NCBI GenBank assembly: GCA_012295275.1
Contig: CM022677.1
Span: 6,634,001 to 6,698,000 of the forward strand
Origin: Chrysomallon squamiferum
Taxonomy: Eukaryota > Animalia > Mollusca
DNA length: 64,000 bases
Direction: 5' to 3'
How positions within the stretch are numbered: the stretch's first letter is position 1; every line of letters starts with the position of its first letter. A program made the position numbers and the translations under genes. Under the pieces are notes generated by a model. That model was not told the origin of the DNA. It was given only the letters and a program-made list of their open reading frames with translations, and searched no databases. Shown here in pieces: positions 26,937 to 41,384 of the stretch.

Positions 26937-28297
26937 TCTCTTTGGTAATTTGTGTGTCTCACTCTTGGCTAGCAAAGTAGCCATCAGTTTTCTAAAATTA
27001 GATCTATTACTTTATTGTAAAACAGGGTAGCGACAAGCATGATCCACATAAATCAGTATAGTGAATAAGCACAATAATACAACAGTCAAGTGTTTGAATA
27101 GATTTCATGTTAAAACAAGTTTCTAAATAAGGTAATTTTAACCGCCAAAATTAAACGAGCTCATAAAAGTCTTTACATGATTTAGCACAATACATTTTGA
27201 AGTCCTATTCTGTATTGCAGATTAAACAGAGTGTAAACCTCAAAATGAATTATATTGTATATATAAATTACACATATATACATACAAGGATATGACGACC
27301 TATAATAACCTCATAATAACAATGCAATAATGTCTCGTTCTAAAATAGCAAATAACACGAATAAGGACAGAACAAACTTTGTCTTAATCATATTCCATTT
27401 GTTATAATTGTTATTTGTTGTTGTTACTGGTTTATTACATTCTGGAATCTGATGTAATACGCCCTTAATCTTCTAAACTGAATTCTCCCTAGGATTTGAA
27501 TGTGCATTTCACGTCCAAATTGTTTTAAAAAAAAATATCTTAACAGAATAATCTCACACACAAACACACACACACACACACACATACAAAAAAGTAAATA
27601 GTAAAATGTGAAAACACAAATAAGAAAGAAAGAAAGAAGTATAATCTGATAAACTGGAACATATACAGATAATAATAATAATTATTATTATTGTTAATAA
27701 TAAAACAAATAAAAAGCAAATCTTTACTGAATTTCTCATTCTGAGAAACGTTCACAGAAAGGTACCTTGAATGACTGTGGGTGAGTGATTAAATAGATAA
27801 AATACATTGTATTATCAGTGTTAGGTACCGTGACACATTTTAAACGTTGATAACAGAGGCTAAGAAATTGCGAAAGAATATATATGTGAATAGATATGTG
27901 TAATAGCGCGTGTTGGTTTTGACACAAACCCAGTGATTTATTTAAACTGATATGTATAGAATGTAAACAGACCTATGATAGTAATAATAAAAGCAAATAG
28001 AACAACAATAAATAAATAAATAAATACATTTTGACATTAAGATGAATGTCGGCTTCCAAGGACTCAAATAATTTAATACTGATATAGTATCTGTAACAAA
28101 CCCTACATTCCAAATTATGTAAGTATGAATTTATGTATGATTATATATTTATTATATTTATGCATAACACATACCGAAGACAACCTAGTCCAGGATAGAA
28201 TTGTCAAAAAGTTTTAAATTATTTTAGAGACTTTGAATGACACACTGACAGGCATTTGGCTGTTATTTTTTAATTATATTATTATTATTATTATTAC

Positions 28298-28346
<49 letters not shown>

Positions 28347-28802
28347 GCGGAATAAATTATCACCTCCGAAGAGGGCTTTTATTTCGCAGAATGATCTGGT
28401 GAGAAGGTTCGGTAACTATTTTATATAATACACATTTACTGTTCTGATGTCATTATTCTTTACTGCTATACTGAATTTTCAGGACTAGTGCCAAAACAGT
28501 TTTAAAGGTGTCTTTGTTGTGTTCTAGTGTACAAAAACGTGATATATATTTTTAGACAGTAATTGAGTGTTTTTATTTTTAGAGGCAGAAATGAGGAACT
28601 TGCACAGTAATAATATTTTTTTAATATTATCATTACCATTTTCTTTTTAACTTTTAATTTTTTTTAATTTTATAATTATTATTAATATATTATTTATAAA
28701 CATTATTTATCTATCTACCAGTGTGTAAATGTTTGTGTGTGTGTGTGTTAACAATTCTTATTACCAATATTATGTTTGTTTGTTGTCTTTTTTTTTTTTG
28801 TC

Positions 28803-28875
28803 AGAAGGACCGTTGAAATGCAGAGGGTGACATCATGGGGGCGACGCTGGAGGGGGAATGCCAGCCTGATATATT
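28803..28875 (+). pseudogene. Frameshifted remnant of the C-terminal exon of a chymotrypsin-family (S1) serine protease
   Basis: Across three frames it reads GPLKC / VTSWG / ATLEGECQPD, matching the order of the S1 motifs GGPLxC..GVTSWG..C.P. The GDS catalytic motif and the PSVYTRV tail are absent. Confidence 0.6.
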
Positions 28876-29577
28876 TTATTTTAGTTATTATTGGCATTAT
28901 TTCTCTATCTGCCTGTGTACAATGTGTAAGAACAGAGAACAGAGAAAGAAGAAGTACGTACACAACACTTCCTAGTTTAGCATAAAACCAGTTGAATAAA
29001 ATTATCTTTCCTTATTATATTAATCTTTGGGGCAAAGTGATTTACACTGAAATGTAATATTTAATTTATTAATAATAAAAAATAACAAACAGAACTGATG
29101 TTACATATTATCACAAATAAAAACCAGAGCTTTACTGAATTAGTCCTTCTACAGGAGACGTTTTTACTGGAAAACGTACATTGGGTGACTGGGGGGTGGG
29201 GTGCGTGATGAAATAGGTAAAATACGTTTTATTGTTAGTGATAGGGTAAGCATCACAAGTTTTATCTTATCTTTGGGGAAAAGTGACTTACACTGACTGT
29301 AAACACGTATCGTAATAATAAAAACAAGTAGAATGCAGTAATAAATAAATAAATACATTTTGAATAAACAAAGAAGAAGAAAGAAAGAATAATACATACA
29401 TAGTTAAATGTTTGGATATATCTAGATAATAATAATTACATATAATGAACTAATTTACACTGAGACGAATTTCGGTTGCCAAGGTCTCAAAAAGTATTTA
29501 ACTAAATAATTTAATACGCTTTACTGTACTTTCATTTTATAATTTTTCTGTTTTTGCATGTATGTGTGTGTGTGTGC

Positions 29578-29628
<51 letters not shown>

Positions 29629-29673
29629 GTTCCTAAAACTTTCAGTGAATATGGTAGTAAAAAATAATTCTAG

Positions 29674-29801
29674 AGAAAAATCTTCTTCTGACCCCTTTGA
29701 CCTCAGCGATCCCAACATCGAGGCTGGTATTCTGGCCCCTAGCGACGCCCCTGATTTTGCGGGAGAAGACTGCACAGTGACAGGGTGGGGTCTGATAGAG
29801 A
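29674..29801 (+). pseudogene. Orphan internal exon fragment of a chymotrypsin-family (S1) serine protease
   Basis: SDPFDLSDPNIEAGILAPSDAPDFAGEDCTVTGWGLIE contains the diagnostic C-x-V-T-G-W-G motif and ends at a strong donor (|gtgagt). The preceding NDIA (catalytic Asp) segment is missing. Confidence 0.85.
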
Positions 29802-31103
29802 GTGAGTCAGAAAATGAACGACGTGTACCAGGTGATGATACGCGACATTCACCTCTGCATCATCACAGCGGGCAGAAATGGTGGAACTTGCACAGTAATA
29901 ATTACTTATTTATTTATTTATATATTTAATTATTTAAATTTTATTTTTAGAGCAGAAATGAATGAACAGTAATAATATTTTATTATTATTATTATTATCA
30001 GTAGTAGTACATTTACCACTTCTGTTTTGTTTTTTCTTTTTTTAAGAGGAAGAAATGGAGGCACCTGCGCAGTAACAATATTTTTCTTATTATTTGTTTT
30101 CTTCTTTATTTATTTATTAGTTTTATTTATTATTTATATATAAACATTATTTGTCTATTTCCTGTTTGTGTGTGTGTGACACTAAACAAAACGTCGTAGT
30201 TTTATTACTAAATAAACAAAATGGTACTTGCTATTTATGTGTTGTTGTTTGTTTTGTTTTTAACCAGTAAATTTCTTAGTTGTACCATGTAGTATCAAGT
30301 AGGCTAGTGGTACATTCAGCAAGAGGAAAAGACACAGTAGTAATTTAACTATTAAAAATTAAAATTTCTTTAAGGCTGAATAGAATCTTTTGAAATTTCT
30401 AATGATATTTCTTTTTTCTTCCACTTTTAGTTTTTCTTCTCGAAAAAATATCTCATTAAAATATCTGATAAAATTATGAGCATATGTAAGTACTTACGAA
30501 CACATACATACATAATCTTTTGCATGGACGTATGGACACATGTAGAATGTGTGTGTGTATTCATTTATACATATACCTACCTGCCTTTCTTTATCGATTC
30601 ATCCATAATAGAAACATCTACTGGCACATAATTATGTACATATATATTTAAGTAAAAGAAACTGCTGTTATATTCTATTCAGTGACATGATTTAATATAT
30701 TTTATTTTACTATATTGCAACAATGTATAGTGATTTCAGCATCTATCTAAGCTATCTGTCTACTTATCTATATACACAAACGTGCACGTGCACACAGGCA
30801 GACACAAACAGTGTATTGTCATTATTACTTTTACTACAACTACTGATACGACACATAATCTATATACCATGTAAATCTGAATTGTAATATAATTGCAGTT
30901 AGTATACTACTACTACTAGTACTATTACTAATACTACTACTAGCATTTTAATAATAATAATGGGAAATAATTATAATTAACAATTTATCAGCGAAAGTAA
31001 CATTTTTATATATGTAGATAGATATACAGATAGATAAGATAGATTCTGAAATCACTATAAATTATTGCAACATGTGAATGATCAGAACCATTTCACTAAA
31101 ACA

Positions 31104-31369
<266 letters not shown>

Positions 31370-31459
31370 ACCAACCAGACGGCTGGTTTTAAGACGAAGA
31401 TTGACTCACAAAAGTTAACGGTCCAGTAAGATCGAGTTATGGTAAAGGAAGTCACGGTC

Positions 31460-32010
31460 ATGTCTTTCGGAGAAAAGCTGAGGGAAAATATTCACTGCAT
31501 TCCAAATACTCAAGGTTATGGCCAGTCTTCAAAATACTTCTTTTCATTTACAAGTGTTGTTAACTGAATATATAAAGAAACATACACATGCACGCACCCG
31601 TGTATGCACACACAAACACATACATTTGTTCAGTTTCCACGACTTTTCACATCAACTATTTAGCTATTTACATTTGTAAATAAAAAGAAGTTTCGTTATA
31701 TTGAATGTACTACAGATAAGACGGGGCGTATCGTTCTCATTATTATGAAAGTTCCTTTAAAGCTTCGTGTAGATGAGTCAAGAAATACAAACTGGTTATT
31801 TTGTTGCGTGAAATAATCTGTAACTTAAGATGACTATCAAAACTTATAAATGACAATCAGAGTAAGTTAGGCTGAACGACGCCAGGGGTCGTGTTTGTCG
31901 GAGAAAAGAGAGCCGAGGAATAAATGTTCATTGCGTTCCAAATATTGATTACGTTACGGGTGTCTTTATCTACAGTCTACAAAATACTTCCTTTCATTTT
32001 CACGTGTTTA
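31460..32010 (+). repeat. Two diverged direct copies of a ~100-120 bp unit
   Basis: tcggagaaaag..gaggga/gaggaa..atattcactgcattccaaata..caaaatacttc.tttcattt at ~31462-31558 and ~31893-32008. Confidence 0.7.
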
Positions 32011-32530
32011 AAATAAAATATAATAATACAATATTGTGAAATAATAATTAAACTAGTATCGTTACATTATTTGCTTAGATGGCAGATTTATAGAATAAAA
32101 TCTGTTTTTATTGATAACAGCTATTTCTAGCAGGACTTAATATTTATAATTGACAATAACAAAAATATTAGAGTTTGTTATTACTAACCCTAGACTTAAT
32201 AGAGTTATATCTTGCAAGAACTAACAATAAAATACTAGTTCTAATAATAGTCGTAATAAAAATATAATCATCTCTAAATATTTACAAGTAATAATAACTG
32301 ATTATTACTACTAATGATAGAAATAGGTGTCCAAATAAACACAATTGTTCTAAATATTTACAAGTAGAAGTAATATTAAAATGAAGTAAGTGAAAATATT
32401 ATGTTCACATCAAATACCACAGTAGACTATGTTCATCTCGCCAAGACACGAACACGCCTCTAAGATTGTATAAGCTAAAACAAAAAATGATCAAAGATAA
32501 AATTTCTATAAAATCTGACTTGCTTTCCTG

Positions 32531-32563
32531 TATTAAGTTAAACATTATTAAAAGTTAGTGTCA

Positions 32564-32602
<39 letters not shown>

Positions 32603-32699
32603 TTGGTAATAAATAAATAAATAAATAAATAAGTAATAAATAAATTATACAGCAGACAAATTTAATGGTTTATGAGTATCAAGAAGTGTAGATAGCAAA

Positions 32700-32733
<34 letters not shown>

Positions 32734-33026
32734 TATATTTGTTCTTTGTTAAGGTTCATGTAACAGAAAACTAGCAGAGGTTACTAAAACAGATCTATTA
32801 CTGGCTACACCTGGGTAATCACAACAGACTGACTCACTGAAACTTGAATTAGCACAATAATAAAGTAGTCAAGTGTTGTATTATGAACAGAGGTCACGTT
32901 AAAAACCAGTTTCCAAAGAAGTAATTTTGTAGAAGAATTATGAATTTCCCAGGGAAATTCTAATAATTTTGTTTCAGTTCGTAATTAAAGAGACTGTCAT
33001 TATATTATTATTATTACAAAAAAAAA

Positions 33027-33057
<31 letters not shown>

Positions 33058-33535
33058 AATAAATAAATAAATAAATTAATAAATAAAAATAAATGCTGTA
33101 TTATTTACTTAAACAAATTATGTCAAACTCTTATTTTTGTAGAAATAAAACAGTTTAACACATTCTACTCCTGAAAAAGTTTACTGAATATTGCATTCCC
33201 TGGGAAACTCATAATTCTTCTACAAAATTACTTCTTTGGAAACTCGTTCTTAACGTTACCTCTGTTCATAATACAACACTTGACTACTGTACTACTGTGC
33301 TAATTCACGTACTGGCTTCAGTGAGTCAGTGGGTTGTGACTACCCAGGTGTAGCCAGTAATAAATATGCTTCTTGTAACCTTTGCTAGTGTTCTCTTACA
33401 TGCCTAACAAACAGCAAAGTTTTTTTTTGTTTTTTTGTTATCTACACTTCTTGATACTCATAAACCAGTACATTTGAAAGTTGTATAATTCATTTATTAC
33501 TTATTTATGTATTTATTTATTCATTTATTTATTAC

Positions 33536-33575
<40 letters not shown>

Positions 33576-33614
33576 TAATTTTTGACACTAACTTTTAATA
33601 ATGATTAACTTATA
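32531..33614. repeat. Foldback structure: ~425 bp inverted arms (32531-32957 / 33195-33614) with a ~240 bp AT-rich spacer
   Basis: ctggctacacctgggtaatcacaac vs gttgtgactacccaggtgtagccag; gtttccaaagaagtaattttgtagaagaattatga vs tcataattcttctacaaaattacttctttggaaac; tttatgagtatcaagaagtgtagata vs tatctacacttcttgatactcataaa. Confidence 0.92.
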
Positions 33615-33747
33615 TATCATTAATAACCTCATAATAACAGTGCAATAATCTCACTGACAAAACTAGAAACATGATTAATGAATAGAAGAAAAAAGTAGAA
33701 AATCTAATTTTTTAATCATATCAAAATCGGTTTATTATTATTGTTAT

Positions 33748-33787
<40 letters not shown>

Positions 33788-33980
33788 CATTACAGGTTTA
33801 CTAGATTGTGTAATATAGTGTAAATACGCCCTTAATCTCCTAAAGTGAATTCAGCTTTAGTGAAAATATCTCTACAGGATAATCAGCAGCTGATCAATTA
33901 AATGTTGGGATTGTACGCACATTTCGTAAAAAACAACATGATTTGTTAATAACATGTCATAATAATAACAATCTGTTTAT

Positions 33981-34100
<120 letters not shown>

Positions 34101-34373
34101 ACAGTGTATACAAAAATTACAACTGTTTTTAATATTATTCCCCGGGAAGTAGGAAATATGTATAATAAGGATTTATTTATTTATTTATTTATTTATTTGT
34201 TTGTTTGTTTGTTTGTTATTTATTTATTTAGCTACGTCCTTGTGTAGAAGTTTCAAACCACTCACCCCTACTTTAACCAATATTAACTGTTTGTTTTTAT
34301 TAAATACAATCCATACCCAACACATGTATGCAGCTAACCAATATGCAAAACAACCAACGGTCATGAAATACAG

Positions 34374-34613
34374 ACAAAACATCAGTGCATGATGGTGATG
34401 AAATACTGACAACACATCAGTGCAGGATGATGATGAAATACTGACAACACATCAGTGCAGGATGATGATGAAATACTGACAACACATCAGTGCAGGATGA
34501 TGATGAAATACTGACAACACATCAGTGCAGGATGATGATGAAATACTGACAACACATCAGTGCAGGATGATGATGAAATACTGACAACACATCAGTGCAG
34601 GATGATGATGAAA
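34374..34613 (+). repeat. 35 bp minisatellite, ~7 near-identical copies
   Basis: Unit acaacacatcagtgcaggatgatgatgaaatactg. The sub-string aacacatcag recurs at 34411, 34446, 34481 and onward. Confidence 0.97.
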
Positions 34614-34656
34614 CATACATACACATACACACAAAAATACCTCAATACAGGACGAT

Positions 34657-34843
34657 GTAACATGTAACTAAAACAAGGAAATGATAAAGGAACTTGTAAC
34701 TAAAAGATAAAACAACTTGTAACTAAAATTTCACACAACTAAAAGTTAAGACAACGTGTATCTGAAAGATAAGACAACTTGCACCTAAACAGTAGACAAC
34801 TTAATTGGGTGCAGGTTGTACTGGATTTGAGTTGTGTTGTTAA
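34657..34843. mobile_element. Short non-autonomous DNA-transposon-like remnant with subterminal ~22 bp repeats
   Basis: Tandem gacaacttg(t/c)a(a/c)ctaaa units are followed by the inverted gggtgcaggttgt / tttgagttgtg. Confidence 0.35.
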
Positions 34844-34845
34844 CA

Positions 34846-35165
34846 ATACCCCTTATTTCCAGAACGCTCCTGTTATCTTTCGGTTCCTGTTAAAATGATT
34901 GTGACAATGTATTTTCTCAAGTGTATGAAATGTTGCCAGCGAAATAAACCAGACCTATTATATTGCTGCAATCCAGGAGTTCAAACAGACTGACTTCAGT
35001 GTTATATACCCCTTATTTCCAGAACGCTCCTGTTATCTTTCGGTTCCTGTTAAAATGATTGTGACAATGTATTTTCTCAAGTGTATGAAATGTTGCCAGC
35101 GAAATAAACCAGACCTATTATATTGCTGCAATCCAGGAGTTCAAACAGACTGACTTCAGTGTTAT
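34846..35165 (+). repeat. Perfect 160 bp tandem duplication
   Basis: ccttatttccagaacgctcc at 34851 and 35011, apparently identical through gacttcagtgttat. Confidence 0.95.
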
Positions 35166-36409
35166 AACGATGAACAAATCTTAACACGCACGATATATAG
35201 GTTTTTGTATTATGTATAGTAGGGTTAGCATTAAAACAAGTTTTGAAATAGTGAAGCGCGTGGTCAGGTATATATATGTTTATATAGTATATATCATATA
35301 TATATATATAGCTACAAATCAAAGGACTTTAATACTAACATCTCTGATATAGAAATATTAACATAAAACTGTAGATAATTAATACAAATCATAAAGTGAC
35401 ATAATGAAATCTTAGACCTTTGTTCAGCTATAAATGAGAATAGTATATCTGAAACAAAATGTCACAGTTTTTAATCTTGTCGTACTGTGTAGACAGCTTT
35501 ACAAATTTGTTAGAGAACAGAGAAAGATAAGACACTTGTATAGTTATATACAGACGATTTATAAGATATATCAATAATCAATAGAATAAAAAGCAGAACA
35601 CAAAGATAGCGTACGCTTTTAGTCATAATAATAATAATAACATACATATATATGTAGTTCATTAATTGACTGATCTAAACATACTGTGTGTTTTGAGAGA
35701 GAGGTTCTACACATACGTGTGTGTGTGTGTGTCTCACTGAGTAAAATTAGTATTTTCTGTTAGTGTAATTAAAGTGATTTCCCATTATTAATTATATGAA
35801 ATATGGTGATAATGTGCAGCTGATTCTACAGCTTTGTCAATAAATTTATTTACGGTTTGTTGAAACCTAATTTAAGAAATGGAATCAGTCAACTGAAACC
35901 TAATTAGAGCAGAATAAGTATATTGTTATACGTTTTAAGTGGTGTGTGTGTATGTGTTTGTTTGTGTGTATATATATGTTTGAGTGTGTGTATGTGTGTG
36001 TTGTGTGTGTGTGTTTGTGTGTGTGTGCCCTTTAATGACACAAATTACGCTGCAAAATGACCCTACCAAAACAAGTGAGAAAAATATCTGACCAAACCGC
36101 TGTCAAACGCTAATCAAAGCAAACCGAAAATTTCAACATCCATTTCATAAAAGGGTCCGCCTGACTGTGCAAGGATTACAAATTATCAAATTACTGTAGA
36201 TGTCCGTGAAAAAATCGAATTCAAAGAGCAAACACACACATTTTAAAACTTTGTTTGTTACACAAAACTCGCCATAGCTAATTATCTTAACTCTAAAATT
36301 TAAAACTACCTGTTATAGTTCATCATCGCGTATTTTCCTGTAAAAGGGTATTATGGATGGTTAAAGAGAAATTTACTTACATTGACAGTTTATTTATTTA
36401 TTATGATTA

Positions 36410-36465
<56 letters not shown>

Positions 36466-36696
36466 TTTCTACTTTTGTTTTTTCTAAAGTTTCTCTGTTT
36501 CCCATATAGACTATACAATCTTAAGTCTGTCCGACGTCGTTCTGTTCCGTATTTCCGAAGTGTTTATGTTTTACAACACTAATGTGATAAAGAGTTCTGT
36601 GAATTTTTTAAGAGAGCGTCATGTCAAATATGTGAAATGTCTTAAAATAAAATAAATAAAATAATAATAATAATAATACTGATAAAAATGATGATG

Positions 36697-36764
<68 letters not shown>

Positions 36765-37435
36765 GCACAGTGAAAGTGAGACTAACTATTAATATAAACA
36801 GCAACACAATAAGCAGAAGTACACGTTAGGAATAGCGCCATGACTACGGCCACGTCGTCGACATTAATATTAATAATACTGATATATTTTAACAGAGGAT
36901 GGGCACACTGAAAGAAAGAATAATAGTTAATAAAAAGGAGAAAAAAACAAAGAAAAGAATAATGAGTGCACCGAGTCGTTAAGATCAACTCAGGTACTAC
37001 GGCAACGACAGCGACACTAACAGAAATGAGAAAAATATTGTTTTAAATATGAAAGTAAGAAAGTAGGAATAATGATTAATAAAAAATGCTAAAGAATAAG
37101 AAGAAGAACACGAACAACATTAGGAGCAACGCCGTTACTAGACAGCGACATTAATAGTAATAATAATAAAAACTTTAACATATGATTGGACACTGAAAGT
37201 GAGACTAACAATTAATAGAAAGCTCCACACAATAAGTAGAAGTACACCAATAACATCAAGGAGAATGCTGATACAGCAGCGATGTCAATAGAAATAAGTA
37301 AACGATGTTAATTCTAATACGGATATATATTTATATATATTTTCAAATAGGATGTACAGACTGAGAAGGTAAGAATAATGGTTAATAAAACGAGAAAAAT
37401 AATAAGTAAACGAATAACGTTAGGAACAACGTCAG
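36765..37435 (+). repeat. Second array (~5 monomers) of the satellite seen at 4105-4890
   Basis: gttaggaatagcgccatgactacggccacgtcgtcgacattaat; gagcaacgccgttactagacagcgacattaatag; aataatgattaataaaaaatgctaaagaataa. Confidence 0.8.
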
Positions 37436-38783
37436 TACATACGCACATACACACACGTACCTACCTACCTACCTACCTGTCTACCTACAGTCATACGTAC
37501 ACATATACGTACACACATACATACATAATGCTGTAGGAATTACACAAGCAACATCCAAATTATGTGTCATTTGTTTCTCTTTATGTGTTGTATTTATTAT
37601 GTGTCATCTGTTTTTGTGTATTTATTGTATTTGATCATGTGTCATATGTATTTGTATGTGGTGAAATTTTCATGTGTTTCTGTGTCTGTGTTGTATTTGA
37701 TCATGTGTCATATGTTTGTGGGTATTCTCCACATATATGCATTCCTTATTTTCAAAAGAGGTTATTTATAAAAAATATTCATCTCATACATGTCTATGGA
37801 TCGATACTTGTTTGTTTGCAATTGTAGCTATGCGCCACAGGAGAGCAAAAGAAAATCCGTGAAAGGTTTTATAAACATTTATGAAAATAAGCACTGCAAA
37901 GTAATCGACACGAAAAGGGTGCATATCGTGTTTCGAAATTTCTCTTGGCAATATAAAAGAATACCTGTCGGTTTATTGTTGATTGATTTTTGCAGGTATA
38001 GAATTTGAATGTGTTTTGGTGAATAGTAAAATCTGGAGACCTTTCAAGCAAACCAGTTTCTGTTGTTCAGTTTGGTGAATTATATCTTCCTGCCAGTCAG
38101 ATTAGATTGAAAAGCTTTCTTTTCTTTTCTTTATCTTTTTTGTTGATATAAGACTAGAATAGAAGTTTGATCATTTTAAACATTACTATCTACATAATTT
38201 TTTAATTTTATAGGCAAATAGTAAGTGTATTAGATATAGGAGAAATAGCGATAGTAATAGCAGTAGTAACAGTAGCAAAATTTCATATTAGTCATTAAAG
38301 TACGAGTGTAGTGTTAAGTAACAGAAGTATTGATAGTAATCTAATATAGTAATAATTAAATTATTATAAGTATCATAATATTAGTGATACTCATGTATGA
38401 TGGTATCTGTAAACATTTTTATCAACGTCCTCTCTTTATCAATAGTAGATAATCGATAACAAACTAAGTTTTTATAACCTCTGCATTATTTATATCGGAT
38501 ATTAAAATTACATTAATTAGAGATTATCGCTTATATTATTGAATAAATATGGAATTTCATTCGAGATTAAATCCCTTTATCTCAATGTTTAATATATATA
38601 TATATATATAAAGACATTCTTACTGATATGTGTGCAATATGTAGGGCGCCTGTAAGCTACATTCTAATCATTACAGAATATTTGTCACGTATAAAACGAA
38701 ACAAAACAAGTAGTGTTAGTCTGTTACTCATTATTCATAATTACTTTTCTAAACATCAAATACAGGAACTCAGTTGATGCAGG

Positions 38784-38844
<61 letters not shown>

Positions 38845-40414
38845 AAGAATATATTTTTTTCTAAATAAATAAATAAACAAAAACATTTGCAGTATTATTG
38901 AATTAAATAGCATTAATTAATATTATAATTGTTGTAATAGAAATAACAGTATAGCCATAAAAATAATTAAATAATTAGGTAAACGGTAATATTTTAGTTT
39001 TGTCAGAAAACTTTCGAAAACTTAACATTCAGATGGATGATAGTAGTAGAAAGGTGTTGTGAAGTTACTTTTATGACTATTTTATTAATTACTAATTAAA
39101 AAAATGGTCAAGCCATTTAACATTGTAATGTTTTCATTGTTGCTGTTGGATGTCTGCCTATGTGTCTGTGTGTTCAACTATCTTTCTCAATTTTATTTCT
39201 CACCATTAATTTTTACAAATCTCAGTACCGGCCCTGTCACCCTCCTCTTAGATTATGTGAATCAGTCCTTTGTTTAAACTAACTCGAACGTGCACAGTAA
39301 ACAAAAGACAAAACGTAATCTCTAATTAAAACATGTGACCAAGATTTCCAGTGAGGTATCAAATTTAAGTCACGTTTTTCTTTTATATGTATAGAAGATG
39401 TTGTTACTATTCTTGTTACGTAAAACGCATGTGTGTGTGAAAGTGATATGTGATATGAAAATGATACTATATTTTAGAAAGATGACGTCACAATATTTAT
39501 TTTTGGCACTGCACACATCAGATCTTTCGGCTTATAGGTTACGAAGTGTTAGAAAACTGAAATCAAATTGAATAAAACTACAAATAAATAAAACAAAATT
39601 AAACAATAATATATGGTGTTGTTCCCCTCCTCTGTGATTATCGTGAATCAGTCCCTTGCTCCAACTAACTTGAGCGTTCATAGAGAAGAAAAGACGAAAT
39701 ATGCTTTGTAACACCGGGATTTAAAAGACGAGTTTACAGATCTCTAGTGAGGTCAACAATAAAGAAATAATAGCAATGACAGTATGAAAAGTAACAGCAA
39801 CGACACAAAAACAACAACGATAACAACGGCTCCAGGCACCTGAGAGAAACAACTGTAAATTCCCCCCAAATTGGGGGAAAAAAAGAAGAAAGAAACGAAA
39901 CAACAACACAACCAAAAAACAACAAAAAACAACAACTACAACAAAAAAAAACACGACAAGAAACACAGTGCTTCTAATTAACTAAGCATGATATGCACAG
40001 CGCATTCTGCACACAACATAAAAATCACATGTTCACTAACATTATCTGCTATTGTTTATTGTTCCTGTCTCTGAAATTCTGGTGGTAAAGAAAACAGCAG
40101 TAACAACTACCTTAACATAGTTTGTGTACTTCATTATTTTTAAAATGCCTGTTACAGTCTATCACACATGTAGTAATAATAAACATAACAACAGTTTTGT
40201 AGAAAGACGGAGAAAGATAATACAGTTAGCCGCCAAAATTAAATCTCGTTTAAACTTGAATAGTGAACTGGCGGTTTCGGGTCTTTTGTAAGATATATAA
40301 ATAAACCTTTCGAAAGAGAAACATACAAGGTGAATATATGATTTTAGTCACGTAATAAAATAAGAATAATACATTTCCTTTATTATGTAAATTTTATTTG
40401 ATTCTATTTAAAAT

Positions 40415-40445
<31 letters not shown>

Positions 40446-41102
40446 TCATACTAACGATTAAATTCATGTTATTATAATATTATATATTTTATTATTTGGC
40501 TAAAGCAAGCATGTACATTTCTGTTTGTTTGAATTAGACAGCAATTCTCAAGTGTTTGTAATGTGAGGTTAGTTCAGGTTCACACAAGAGGGCGTATAAT
40601 ACAGACATTTATAACAAAGAAGAATGCAAATGCAGGCACTCCTCATTTAACGAGTTGCTATGACTCCGTCATTAAGCGATAGACGAGAAGTTGCCTTTTA
40701 ACCGATAGTTAAGCACTCTTTAGATGTTGTTTTTATGTCACCTTTGAAGTATTTATAAAGTTATAGTATACTGTTAAACAGTATAGAGAAAACCATATCT
40801 CTCTCTCTCTCTCTCTCATCCATGTAGTAAAGACATAGCAATACGTCTGCTGAAGACCACAAATACGAGTTGTTTAATCCTGAACATGTAATAATAAATG
40901 ATTTAAAAAGAAAATTAAAAAACAAAATAAGAAAGAAAAGAAAGAAGGTAAAAGGAAATAATATAAATTAACATTAACACAAACTTTGTAATAAATCTAA
41001 ATTATTAAATATTATTATTTTCTGTCAGTATATTAAACTGATTTCCTGATATTAATGAAATATGGTGATAGTGTGCAGCTGACTCGCATTCTGTTTATCT
41101 AC

Positions 41103-41384
41103 AACATTTTTCGAGAAGCGGGCCACATGAGACGTGGCTCATACTCAGGCGGGCCGCAGGTACTAATTTAGGCGATTTTGTGTTTTTACGTAGAGTTTAT
41201 TTTAAGAAATTTTTCATTTTCATTTACTTCAGGAAATGTTATAATAAAAAAAAATGATATGTGTTTTAGTATATTAGTAGATACAAAATGACTAATTTTA
41301 TAAAATTTGAATTAATGATATTTTACTTGTGAAATTAGGCGGGCCACTCAAAAAGCCGCGCGGACCGCAGTTTGCCCATCACTG
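41103..41384. mobile_element. Non-autonomous hAT (Buster/Charlie-type) MITE
   Basis: The right end cggaccgcagtttgcccatcactg (reverse complement CAGTGATGGGCAAACTGCGG) is a typical hAT terminus, with subterminal GCGGGCC(A/G)C repeats. It is followed by the 8 bp atcTAcag. On the left, atctac is retained but the first TIR bases are missing. Confidence 0.8.

Larger units (their letters stand above)
28575..30180 (+). repeat. Dispersed/tandem intronic unit gcagaaatgaggaacttgcacagtaataatattttt
   Basis: Copies at ~28585, 29872, 29952 and 30050. Segment 28575-28745 resembles 30040-30180. Confidence 0.8.

Noticed and set aside
34374-34613. CRISPR-like array (35 bp repeat)
   Set aside because: Units are head-to-tail with no unique spacers, the context is eukaryotic, and there are no cas genes.
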